This document shows, piece after piece, positions 13,112 through 24,703 of a stretch of 64,000 bases of DNA. Below the pieces are notes generated by a model. That model was not told the origin of the DNA and made no database searches. It saw nothing but the letters and a program-made list of their open reading frames with translations. Source of the DNA: Octopus sinensis (lineage: Eukaryota); contig NC_043005.1 in the NCBI RefSeq assembly GCF_006345805.1, positions 76,446,001 to 76,510,000 of the forward strand. Direction: 5' to 3'. The translations under genes were made by a program, and so were the position numbers. The first letter of the stretch is position 1. Each line of letters starts with the position of its first letter.

Positions 13112-13370
13112 TGTGTGTGTGTTGTGTGTGTGTGTGTGTGTGTTGTGTGTGTGTGTCTGTGTTTGGGTGTCTGTGTTTGTCTCCCCAACATCGCTTGACA
13201 ACCGATGCTGGTGTGTTTACGTCCCCGTAACTTAGCGGTTCGGCAAAAGAGACCAATTGAATAAGTACTAGACTTACAAACAATATGTCCTCGGGTCGAT
13301 TTGCTCGACAGAAGGCGGTGCTCCAGCATGGCCGCAGTCAAATGACTGAAAAAGTAAAAGAGTAAAAGAG
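12845..13370 (+). mobile_element. SINE family A, full length with expanded internal TA/TG
   Basis: Head, CORE-like motif and GTAAAAGAGTAAAAGAG tail all present. Confidence 0.92.
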
Positions 13371-13904
13371 AAAGAGTGAGATAGAGTCCAGCTTTTCCTC
13401 ATTTTAAGTTGAAAGGATGATCTGAGGGAATCGTGGCTGCTATTTCTTGAACGTTGCGCTACCAAGTAAAAGCTCTTTCGTCGGCTCGTAACAAAGGACC
13501 TTTCTTATTGTGATGAGGAGCAGAGAAAGACTTTTGCTCTGGTTCCACGTTAACGGTCGGTGATTACACTTGACAGTTGACAAAGGTCTTACATCACAGT
13601 TTGCTTGTCTACGACATTGCCTCAAGTTAAATTCCCCTTTACTCGCTACTATTTTGTTTATTTATTTCTCTTGCCATATTATACCCAGTAACAATGAAAC
13701 ATGCGTAGGAGAGTATTAATTATAGGATATTTCAAAAATGCTTTCACACTATCACATATTATTAACTAATTTCTGTACCGATGTTGGCAACAACAAATAT
13801 AAAATGAACTGAATAAAAGTATGTCAATTTCTTTAAGAACTCTGCTATAGAAAGTAAGGTCAGGATGACTCTTATTAGTGAAGATGACACTGATGATTTG
13901 ATAT

Positions 13905-14011
<107 letters not shown>

Positions 14012-14023
14012 ATGGAATTGATT

Positions 14024-14236
14024 CGGTGAAGAGCTGAAAGAATCCTTAGCACGCCGGGAAAAATGCTTAGCGATAGTTCATCTTTACGTTCTGTGTTCAA
14101 ATTTCGCCCAGGTCGACTTTGCATTTTATCCTTTCGGGGCGGATAAAATAAGTACCAGTTGAGTACAGGGGTTGTTGTAAAGGATTTACTGCTCCCCCCA
14201 AATTGCTGGCCTTTTACCAAAATTTGAAACCAATAT
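14024..14236 (+). mobile_element. SINE family D, older variant
   Basis: GGTCGACTTTGC..TT.ATCCTTTCGGGG..GATAAAATAAGTACCAG domain, tail AAATTTGAAACCAATAT. Confidence 0.8.
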
Positions 14237-14606
14237 AATACATACATATCCATCTTTCTATCTATATATGTTAGTCCGTGTGTTCGTACGCATTAAAAGT
14301 AAACGGATCTACAGCTTGTTTTTACGATGTGTATTCAAATGTCCCATCAGCTGTCTACCTGTTCATTGAATCAGCATGTAAACGCCTTGAATATTCTATT
14401 TATGTGTACTCTTAACATAAAATTCAGGTAGAATCAGACTGACAAAACTCCGGGTCGTTGAATAACAAGTTTAATTTATTCACAAGACAAAAACTGACCC
14501 ATGGCTATAGTGAAACACAATACATACGCTTCCATGCAAGGGGCACAAACCCAGAGTTTTGTGTTTGTGAAGCTAAATAGTTCAATATTCGGCCAACACG
14601 CATATA

Positions 14607-14839
14607 CGAGGGGGTACTGAAAAGTTCCTGGATTTAAGGGTGTCGCAAAAGGCCTGGTTGGAGCCCCAAACTTCCTAGTTTTTTTTTTGTTTTGTTTTTA
14701 CAGGGTTTAGAAAAACTGAAGGACCTCTGCAATAACTGTGTGAATCTGATAGGGAGGAATATGTAGAATAAAATCATAATTAATTTATCTTCCCGTATTC
14801 TCTTTTACCCAAAGACAAGAACTTTCCAGCATCGCCTCG
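14607..14839. mobile_element. Mariner-type MITE, 233 bp, TA target duplication
   Basis: TA|CGAGGGGGTACTGAAAAGTTCCTGG ... AGAACTTTCCAGCATCGCCTCG|TA imperfect TIRs. Confidence 0.8.
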
Positions 14840-16370
14840 TATGTCTACCACCATAAAATAGACTTAACAACGAACTATACAAATCTAGCTCGTTGCATAG
14901 AAGCTCTTTTTACAACTGTATAACAAAATACCATTATTGTACAGATTCTGTATTATATCTGTATTACTTCTTTTACCTTATGAATTCAGAAATGCATGTA
15001 TTTTACATCTCTGTATTCCCATATCTTCTCTGATATATCGTAAAACATGAAAGCTTTCTGAATGTCGTCATATATCATTAACATTACATAATTTGTGTTC
15101 AACAGAACCCTTAAATACTGAAATTGCCCATAGTGAATATACATTCTCGTTCATTACAAAAACGATTTGAGAAAGACAGGCCAATTGAGAGATAATTGAA
15201 ATCAAAGTGCAGATAGAGGTATATACGTGATAAAGCGATGAGTTGTACTTACAAAGAAAATATTCATAAATTACCAAACAGAGAAGTGAATAAATAGCAT
15301 AATAAAGAGAAACTGTAGCTCGAGGTATGTAAGGAAACCACAAAATATAGCAGGTTATACGAGGTTATGCAAATTAAAGGAATGTTTAAGCCTCCCAGGC
15401 ATCATCAAAATCGGGCAATACATTTATCAAAATGGGATAATAATGATATGTAAAATCTTAGGAAAGCGTGTGTGAGTTTAAAAATATATGGTTGATGCTT
15501 TTCAAATGTGATAAAAATTTCTAACGTAAGAACAAAGGCTACGCATCTTGTGAAAAGTTATAACCAGGAACGTATCACGACTTCAGTTCTGTTTGGAAAT
15601 AGTTTCGCTTCGTCACTTCACATACAGCGCCTAATACCTACGGGAAAATCATTAGCACTGAAAAATCTCAGTTAATTCTTTTTCTCAAATCTAATTAACC
15701 AAAATTCCACTGCGTATATAATCTTTTGGGATCCCATCAATTTCTTTAATTTCCATAATAGAATAAAAGAAAAATAATTGAAGATCATTGGGAACCTCAC
15801 AAAAACAACAAGAATATAAAAGCAATAAGAAGAATATTTTACCAGAAATGTACTAATATAATTATGGTGTCTAGTGTACGCATTTTAGATAAAAGTGGTA
15901 ATTTCTAAATGCAGACTTGGTTAAGATGTTTCGTTTCGCAATTACGCGATTTTATGTTCAATTCCTACAATTGTCACCTTGAAGAAAACTATTCTATTTC
16001 AGTGTTAATCAAATCTATGTGATGAAACTGGTTTAAAGGAAAACTGTGCAGAATCCGACTGGATGACCTGTACCTACTCTTGAGTGGTAAACTGGCACGG
16101 TTTAACAACACCTGTATCTTTGCCTTATGTGTTTATTTAATGGAATTTATTCTCTTACAAGTATTTGGACGGAGGTCCTGCTCTAAGGGCAATTAATAGT
16201 CGTGTTTTCTTCCCCCACTCCTTTATATTCATCAATCTTCAAGGCCCTGGAACTGCTCATGACTGCTGCCATTTTGCTTCTGAGTAAACAATAAATTTAT
16301 CTATTTCAACGATCCAGTTATTGACTGGTCCTTACTTTATAAATCCAGGAAATATAGAACATGAAGTTAA

Positions 16371-16575
16371 GGTGGTGAGCTGGCAGAATCGTTAGCACGC
16401 CGGACAAAAATGCTTAGGGGCATTTCGCTCGTCTTTACATTATGAGTTCAAATTCTGTCGACTTTGACTTTCATCTTTTGATAAAATAAATACCATTTAA
16501 GCACTGTAGCTGACGTAATCGACTTACCTACCTCCCTGAAGTTGCTGGCCTTGTGCCAAAGTTTGAAACCAATAT
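16371..16575 (+). mobile_element. SINE family D, older variant
   Basis: GGTGGTGAGCTGGCAGAATCGTTAGC head and TTTGAAACCAATAT tail. Confidence 0.8.
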
Positions 16576-16727
16576 GAAGTTAAACCTCGAATGCAAAAGA
16601 ATGTAACTAAATACTACAAAGTATTTTGCGCCCCCTGATTTAACATAATAATTATTTCTGACTTATGCGTAAGGCCAGAAATATAGTGGGAGAGAAGTTC
16701 CTTTGATAAACCGCCCCAAACCTGACT

Positions 16728-17033
16728 GTTGTTAATGTTTGTTCCTTCTCGAGCCACGCCTGGCTCATAGGGCCGGTTTCCCGGCTTCCTTGGCGTATAG
16801 GTTCTCTACCTTGACGGGACGCCGGTCTGTCGCAGATGAGCTGCAAGATGCTGGAGGAAAGAGTGAAAGTTGTGGCGAAAGAGTCAGTAGAAGTTCGCCA
16901 TTACCTTCTGCCGGAGCCGCGTGGAGCTTAGGTGTTTCGCTCATAAACACACACATCGCTCGGTCTGAGATTCGAACCCGTGATCCCTAGACCGCAAGTC
17001 TGCTGCTTTAACCACCAGGCCATGTGTCTCCAC
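16728..17033 (-). mobile_element. SINE family C, full length with 12-13 bp TSD
   Basis: tRNA-like head shared with family B, AAC-rich tail, CCAAACCTGACT on both flanks (16716-16727 and 17034-17045). Confidence 0.9.
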
Positions 17034-18141
17034 CCAAACCTGACTAATATTAATTTAATAGATAAGTGGGAGATGAGGGTGGGGGGAAACGCAAAAGGTG
17101 ACTTGAGTAGGATTTGAACTTAGAACGAATTAGGTTCACGATTAAATAACACAAAACCTTCAGTTAGACGCCCTGTCAATTCATTGTCATTGGTATTACT
17201 ACATTTTTTTAAGTAACAAATCTTGAATCCTTCTGCAATCAGTTAATTCCATCCTTATTAGAAGAATATGATTTGAAATCAGTGAAAGTAACCGTTGACA
17301 CGTTCGTGATGTTTTTCGTCTCTACCAACTGACAAGCTATCGCAGTTTTGTCATAATTAATCAAACAGAAATATTTCCTTTTTTTAACCAGATATTTCTC
17401 CTTGAAATGTCAAAACAGCATATAATTACGTCACTATAGCGACAGAGCTTTATTCTGATCATAAGATTTGAAATAGACGCTACAAATGTCAATTTGTTTT
17501 CCCACGAATGAACAAGCTACTTACTTCATGCTAATTATACATTATCCTCTTTCACTAAACGACACAGTTGCAGGGCTACTTAGAAACATGTTACTTGCCT
17601 CTCTGTGAATAAGTGATAACATTTTTTCATATCCCTCTGAAATAAAAAAAGAAAAGAAATAGAGGTAAAAGTACTGGAGAAAGAAATAATATTTTTAAAA
17701 TGCTCAATGTGAAGTTGTATTTAATTTTACGCTGCTTAAATCAGAGAAATAGTTTAAAGAAGAATGTAAAGGTTGCTTAGATGCTATATTTGATTACCAA
17801 GGGTAAATCCATTGTAAATATTTCGTTGTGCTTCTAAGCTGTTTACTACGAATTCTAGCTGCAACTATTAACTGACCTGTGAGGAATAAGTAACCAAATA
17901 TGTTAGAAATATCATTTTTAATATACTGTACTTTCACCAAGGAGGAAATGTATCTGTTATTTGTTTAACTTGATACTGTCCGTTGATATTAAACGGAATT
18001 TTATGAAGAAGTCACACCAAATATAGTTTAAAATGGAAATACTATCCTAATGTAGGAAATAAAGCAAAATGCCATCTTTGTACAATTGAAACTCATGAAA
18101 TCCTATTGTCTCTGTTATATTATTTTCTATTGCTTTGGTGG

Positions 18142-18340
18142 TTGTTGTTAAGCAACAAGACAGGTAAGGGTGATTAGGTGATGGTCTAGGGCTTAGGGGC
18201 GGGAGACCCCAGACTTTGGAAAAAAAAACTTTGATCGTCTTGTTGTAGTCGAAGGCTCTTCGTTGATGCCCGACACCACTGGGAGGTGGCCCTGGAAGTC
18301 GCTGGAAATGGAGATCTCCAGGTCCAAATTCTTGAACAAC
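18142..18340 (-). mobile_element. 5'-truncated retroposed fragment with 12-bp TSD, clade unassigned
   Basis: TTGCTTTGGTGG at 18130-18141 and 18341-18352; GC-rich insert ending AACAACAA on the minus strand. Confidence 0.55.
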
Positions 18341-18709
18341 TTGCTTTGGTGGAGAACTGGCAGGATATTTAGCGTGTCGGGCAAAATGCTTAATACTAAT
18401 TCTTCGAGCTTTACAAAACAGTCGCGGTCAGCTTTGCCTTTCATCCTTTCAAAGGTGGTAAACTGACCCCCTTCTCTATAAATGCTGTCCTTGTTCCTTT
18501 GAGAGATTATTTTCAGTTGTTTTGTTATGATTTAATGAAGTCCATATTGCTTCGGTAGTGGAAAATGGAGGACATATTTTATTTATTCGCATGATTTTAT
18601 ATTTTATATTTTATATTTTTAAGTGTGTGTATAGATTACTTAATGTTGATAGCAGAGTAAATGAAATTTTGTAACGCTATTGCCTTTCACATACGCTTTA
18701 TATGGCGTA

Positions 18710-18756
18710 CTAGCAGAGACACCTGGCGTTGCTCGGGATTAAAATGGCATAGCTTG
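18710..18756 (-). mobile_element. Helitron 3' terminus (body extends rightward, extent unresolved)
   Basis: Minus strand CCCGAGCAACGCCAGG hairpin then TGTCTCTGCTAG|T, same end type as 38286 and 52837. Confidence 0.7.
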
Positions 18757-18758
18757 TA

Positions 18759-18899
18759 TTAGGTTGTCCCAAAAGTTCGTAAACACTTGCGAAAATTGAA
18801 TTTTTACTCGCCAAGTACTAACAAAAACAACAAAAATTATTCCTCAAAATAAAGACCATTATTTTCCAAGACTTTCTACGAACTTTTGGGACAACCTTA
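18759..18899. mobile_element. Mariner MITE, 141 bp, TA target duplication
   Basis: TA|TTAGGTTGTCCCAAAAGTTCGTA ... TACGAACTTTTGGGACAACCTTA|TA; TIR resembles Hsmar1/MADE1 ends. Confidence 0.88.
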
Positions 18900-19642
18900 T
18901 ATATAATATATTACAGTAATGTTGAAACAGGTAACCTTTTTCAGCATGGGTGGAGAAGGTCTTCTAAATTTTATGGCGTCTGTTCTTTCTTTTTCTTTTT
19001 TCTTTCTTGTGGGGAAATGGGGTGGGTGGGTTTGATGTCTCTATGGGATGGGTGGGTCTGAGTGGTCTTGGGTGGGATAGAGTTGGACTGAGGTACTACA
19101 TCATACTCCGACCATTTATAAGATGAAATAAGAGTTTTCGCATGTAATTTAGCTGTCAGGAAAAAATAAATATTTGTCTATCATATTCAACTTCTTAATA
19201 AATTGGTATTTGAGTTATCTTTCAAATCTGTGGTTTTCTGGTCTTAAAAACAAACACACGTTCATGTGTACGTGTAAATATACACATACATGCACGCGCA
19301 AATTTAATTTATTGACCAGGTGGTGCCATAGAATTATGCAAATATCTCAAAACTTTCTTTTATTTCTTTAAAGGCCAGACTAGCCTTTGTAGAAATACAA
19401 GAAAAGATTAAAAAGAAGTGTACAGTTGTAACGCATCATCTGGTTCATAAAAATAAATATTGACTTTGCATTTATAAAGCATTAAAACATATTCTAGATC
19501 TATATTTATACAAATATGCCCATACATAAACATATGTGTATGTATATGTGCATAATATGAATGTTTATAATATATATATATATATACACATACATATATG
19601 TGTACAGTATAAATGTGTATATGATGGTTGTTTATCCGTTAG

Positions 19643-19665
19643 ACTGGTACGACCACTGCTGACTG
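19643..19665 (+). CDS. Candidate 23-nt microexon (phase 2 to 1: LVRPLLT)
   Basis: Acceptor TTGTTTATCCGTTAG, consensus donor CTG|GTAAGT. Confidence 0.22.
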
Positions 19666-19975
19666 GTAAGTGTCAGCTATTGCCGTGCAAAGACTTTAAG
19701 TCGACTGCAGCTTGTACAACACCACAATGACTTTCACTAACAATACCAAGAAGCCCAGATAGAAGCAAAGTCCAAGAGCTCAGTAGAGCAGCGGTTATAT
19801 ACACGATTTAGCCTCTCCTTGAGGAATGCTTTTAAAAGACCAGTGCCCCCCACCACAATGGGCTTACTACGCTCTCGGATATGAGTATTTCAACGTATCG
19901 TCGCTCATATGTTACATAACTAACAATTGGGGCTTTGACAGGTGCTACTACTGCGGGTCAGACACACACACAAAC

Positions 19976-20010
<35 letters not shown>

Positions 20011-20053
20011 CACACATACACACTCACACACACACACACATATATATATAGGA

Positions 20054-20188
20054 ATTTATCTGTAATTGTAATATGTGACAATTATTCGGTAGCCATGATA
20101 AAACTCCGAGTTTCGGATGTCGGGGTGGAAACTCGGAGTTTTATCATGGCTACCGAATAATTGTCACATATTACAATAACAGATAAAT
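20054..20188. repeat. Near-perfect palindrome (50-bp perfect arms, 13-nt loop), Penelope-type end
   Basis: 20065-20114 is the exact reverse complement of 20128-20177; pairing extends about 11 more bp with one mismatch. Confidence 0.92.
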
Positions 20189-20247
20189 CCCTCTATTTAC
20201 ATAATATCGAGGTCTCTTTCATTCTTTTGTTGTCTTACCATTTCTAT

Positions 20248-20331
<84 letters not shown>

Positions 20332-20352
20332 TGTGTGTGTGTGTGTGTGTGT

Positions 20353-20508
20353 GGCGAGCTTCTTTCAGTTTCTGTTTTCCTAACCGGCTCATAGGGCTTC
20401 ATTTGACCTGGAGCTATAGAAATAATTGACTTAGGTGTTACACACCGCGAACCTGGGACCATGTAGTTGGAAGCCAGCTTTTACCACACAGCCACACCAC
20501 CTGCACCT
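20353..20508 (-). mobile_element. SINE family A, 5' half, degenerate
   Basis: Reverse complement AGGTGCAGGTGGTGTGGCTGTGTGGTAA head. Confidence 0.75.
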
Positions 20509-20844
20509 TACAGCCGTTTATATACATATATTTACACAGAGAGACACAAAAACAATTATATATATATATATGTGTGTGTGTGTGTACACACTCACACAGC
20601 GCATACACACATGCATGTATATGACGTAGATAGTAAATATATGCGTGTGTAAATTGCTTTAGCGTTTAAAGTTTCTGGATTTTAAGTTTTCGGGACATCT
20701 TCCTTTTAAATACCTTTCCATATTTAATGAGGAGATAAAGCTGAGTGTCACATCATTTAAAAATTAGAAGGCTTTGCGCGCATTTTCTTTCTGAAATATC
20801 GGGAGAATGAGATAGATAAGTTGTGAAAGTTGTATTGTTTGAAG

Positions 20845-20922
20845 CAAGATCCCAATTTCAAAGGAAAAGAGGGTGATGTATTTCCGAAAGAAAATGTAGA
20901 TAAACGAAACATGCATTTGTCT
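20845..20922 (+). CDS. Candidate exon (phase 0 to 0): QDPNFKGKEGDVFPKENVDKRNMHLS
   Basis: Acceptor TTGTATTGTTTGAAG, donor GTGAGT, single open frame. Confidence 0.2.
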
Positions 20923-21088
20923 GTGAGTCGGTGGTTGAACTGTGTAGATATGAAAATCTTTGTCAATCATTCGAAAGTCTTACTTTTAGATGTCTGAGAA
21001 CAGCGACATATAGTCAGAGAAACATGGGCCCACCACGATTGAATTGGTTTAACCATTCATTAAAAGTCCCGTCTTGCACGTTTTTCAG

Positions 21089-21186
21089 TTAAGTTCTTTG
21101 AAGAATATCACAAAGGAGATAATATCATAACGTCCAGCGGAATTCACTGGGATTTAACAGGATTGAAGCAACGTTGTTAGGCAGAT
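21089..21186 (+). CDS. Candidate exon (phase 1): KFFEEYHKGDNIITSSGIHWDLTGLKQRC then TAG, 6 nt before the donor
   Basis: Acceptor TTGCACGTTTTTCAG, donor GAT|GTGAGT; in-frame TAG at 21178-21180. Confidence 0.3.
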
Positions 21187-21329
21187 GTGAGTAGCATGCA
21201 GTAGCTTCTAGTTCTAAGTATATTGAAAATCTTTTTTGCTTTGCAAGATACTAGACGTGAACTTCTGTGTCGGAACAGATTTTGTAGCATCTTGGGCGGG
21301 TCATTATACGAATAATTAACACACACTCA

Positions 21330-21675
21330 GGTTTTATTTCCCTTCTTTATTTTTTTATTTGATTAGTGGTTAAATGTTTAACCAATTAACTAATCGATTG
21401 TTTGCTTAATTGTTCGGTCAATCAATCAATCAATCAATAAACCAATCAGTTTTGTCAAAATTCTTTTGTCACCAATCACAATTTCATCAGTAACATGCCA
21501 TCTCTACTCCAGGTCTGTTTGAGATCTGTCTGGTGATGTCATAACGAAAGACGATTGAATTACTTTGACAAACCTAGCTGGTTGATTGATTAAACGGAAA
21601 ATTAATCAAACAATTGATTTTCTATATGTTTAGCTAATTGATTAAGTATAACAAAAGAAGTGAATATAGAAGCAG
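21330..21675. repeat. Old degenerate inverted-repeat element
   Basis: AATCGATTGTTTGCTTAATT...TTTGTCAAA on the left pairs with TTTGACAAA...AATTAATCAAACAATTGATT on the right. Confidence 0.55.
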
Positions 21676-21806
21676 TGCGTGTGCTCATTATTGGGATAAG
21701 GACCCTCCTGTGTTGCAACAAACTACGTAAATCCTATGAAATATTAATAAAACCGAGAAACAGTTGTTCTAGGTGCGGATTTAGAAACTAATATTTCTTC
21801 ACTTAA

Positions 21807-22460
21807 GATGGCAGAAAAGTTAACACACCGGGCGAAATGCTTAGCGGTATTTCGTTATGAGTTCAAATTCCGCCGAGGTCGACTTTGCCTTTCATCCTTT
21901 AGGGGTCGATTAAATAAGTACCAGTTACGCACTGGAGTCGATATAATCGACTTAATCCGTTTGTCTGTCCTTGTTTGTCCTCTCTGTGTTTAGCCCCATG
22001 TGGGTAGTAAAGAAATAGGTATTACGTCTGCCGCTACGTTCTGAGTTCAAATTCCGCTGAGGTCGACTTGCATTTCATCCTTAAAAGGCGGCGAGCTGGC
22101 AGAACCGTTAGCACGCCGGGCGAAATGCTTAGCGGTATTTCGTCTGTCGCTACGTTCTGAGTTCAAATTCTGCCGAGGTCGACTTTGCCTTTCATCCTTT
22201 CGGGGTCGATTAAATAAGTACCAGTTACGCACTGGGGCCGCTATACTCGATTTAATCCCTTTGTCTGTCCTTGTTTGTCCCCTCTGTGTTTAGCCCCTTG
22301 TGGGTAGTAAAGAAATAGGTATTATGTCTGTTTTTACATTCTGAGTTCAAATTCCACCGTGGTCGACTTTACCTTTCATCCTTTAGGAATCAATATAATA
22401 AGTACCAGATGAGCAAAGTTGTCGAACTTGTCGACCTTGTCTCTAAATTTGAAATCAATA
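21807..22460 (+). mobile_element. SINE family D, two adjacent dimeric (1.5-mer) copies
   Basis: Repeated GAGTTCAAATTCC.CCGAGGTCGACTTTGCCTTTCATCC blocks and AAAGAAATAG|GTATT junctions. Confidence 0.9.
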
Positions 22461-22957
22461 TTACTTCACTTAAGTCTTTCCTATATTTTAATGTTATCGT
22501 ATTCAGAAGTTGCTTAATATATAATACTTTCCTAGCAGGTGAATTCAATCCTTCCATTTGCCATTAAACGGAATACATTGGAATGCAGCTATACTGTTAC
22601 CATTCTACCAGTTGTCACTATTGTAATTCTTTCCATTTTTTTTAATCACCAGCTTCTTTGCTGCTGTTCTTACTCTTCGCGCAGTTCCTGATCGTATGCT
22701 ACTGCGACAGAACAAAGAGAATCACTAGCAAAAAAATTAGTAAAGCATTCTTATCGCTGGAACGAGCTGACATAGATTGAAATGATGTGATTAAACAAGA
22801 AGACACGTCAAAAGGTTAAAAGGTGGATAATTAGTAGAACTAACATTTGCTTTGCGGAGATCGATCGCATTAATAGCCTATTTACAAATAAAAGAAAAAC
22901 AACTCGTTTCTGGTTGCAAACTTATTTCGTTCTTACAAACGTGTTAGATATAGATAG

Positions 22958-22991
<34 letters not shown>

Positions 22992-23214
22992 AGGGAGAGA
23001 GAGAGAAAGTATGAAAGACTGAGGTGACGTAGGTAGATGACTCTGAATTTTATCCTTGCAGTGGGGCTGGTTTTAAAGTACCAGTCAATTACTAGAATCA
23101 ATAAAATCTTTAAAATATAGTGATGACGTACACCAATGTGGGAAATCAATATTTCGTTTCCTAACGGATTGTGAAACACATATCCGACACCCCAGAAGTC
23201 ATTTGAACTTAGAC

Positions 23215-23310
23215 ACTCTATCGGTGTCTTGGGCCGAACCGCTAAGTGACACAGACGTAAACTCACCAATACTGGTTGTCAGGCAATGTTGGGGACAAAC
23301 ACAGATGCAA

Positions 23311-23341
<31 letters not shown>

Positions 23342-23505
23342 CGACGTGCTTCTTTCAGTTTCTGTCTAACAAATCCACTCACAAATGCTTGGTCGGCCCG
23401 TGACTATTGTAGAGGACACTTGCCAATGGTGCTACGCAGTGGGACCGAACTCAGAGCCATGTTGTTGGGAATCAAGGTTCTTACCACACAAACACGCCTG
23501 TGCCT
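23215..23505 (-). mobile_element. SINE family A, 3'-truncated
   Basis: Reverse complement of head, CORE-like motif and internal (TG)n. Confidence 0.8.
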
Positions 23506-23608
23506 ATAATACACACAGATACACACACACATATATATGTACACACATACACAAATACAATGTCAAATGGTTCAAAGTATATCTATCTATCTATCTATCT
23601 ATCTATCT

Positions 23609-23647
<39 letters not shown>

Positions 23648-23667
23648 GTCTATCTATCTATCTATCT

Positions 23668-24660
23668 GCCAGGGCCCATGGACAACTTCCAGAGATCCCT
23701 GGCCTGGCAGTGCTACCGAGAAGCGCTACCCGTTCGGGATAAACTCTACAGACACGGCTCGAGAAACACGGGGCCGACCTGCCCGAGATGCGGTCAGAGC
23801 GACGAAACCGTTCTGCACGCACTCGTGCAGTGTCCAACAATTTCCGACCTGTGGGCTTATGTCGAACAACTGCTGTCACGTGTGGGACGAGTCGGTTTAT
23901 CAGCTGAGTCTATCGTCAATATTGTCACGCCTCCTTCCTTCAAATGGGAAGGAAGAGCTATTTTCATAATCCTTGTGGCTATGGCGAAAGAATGTATCTG
24001 GTGGACGCGTCTGAAAGGATTGGAGACAAACACTTTCCTCTCTGGTCAATCTCTCATCAACTTCTTTAAGTACCACTTGAAAAGGAAAGTGAGAGTAGAG
24101 AGGCAAGTTTTGTCTAGCGAATGTTTTAAAAAAAGATGGGTGAATGTAGCAAGGATGGCACGTATGAATGACGAAGCCACCTTGAGCATAATCCTATGAA
24201 CCCAGAAATTGAAAACAGAGGGTTACCCACTTGCAAACAAATGTGGTAACATATAACAATATTCACCAAGGTTACCGTGGTCTTTTTCGTCGGCTTTTCT
24301 TCCCACGGATAAACCTTACTTGCTTTCCCCTTTACACCATATATCATAACACTGTGATACACGATTCCTATTGATCGTTCTTTTTTTTCCTCTTCCCCCT
24401 TTTTTTCCCCTTTTTCTTCTGTTTTCATTTCTCTTTTCTCTTGTTCCTTTTCCTTTTTTTTTCTTTTTTTCTTTTTCTTTTTTATTTTATTTATTTATTT
24501 ATTTATTTTTGTTCTTTTCTTCCCTTTTACGATCCCTCTTGATCGAAAACCTACGCCACCCCACTTTGTTTTTTTGTTTTCTTCATCCCCCAAAAGAAAA
24601 GCTCTACCTTGTAACTTGTCCCATCTGTGTGCAGCCCTGTGTGGCCAATAAAGAAACTTA
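23668..24660 (+). mobile_element. 5'-truncated L1/Tx1-clade non-LTR retrotransposon: intact ORF2 C-terminus (to 24199) plus 3' UTR
   Basis: CPRCGQSDETVLHALVQC zf-RVT knuckle, W..R and KKRW motifs, U-rich UTR, AATAAA at 24647, (TCTA)n/(TCTG)n on both sides. Confidence 0.9.
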
Positions 24661-24672
24661 TCTATCTATCTA

Positions 24673-24703
<31 letters not shown>

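Noticed and set aside
21091-21150. Resemblance of KFFEEYHKGDNIITSSGIH to bacterial YajC/MaoC motifs
   Set aside because: Short, no supporting flanking residues or bacterial context; treated as coincidence, not horizontal transfer
21807-22460. Regularly repeated about 37 bp blocks that could be mistaken for a CRISPR array
   Set aside because: Intervening sequences are also repeated and the context is eukaryotic; these are SINE multimers
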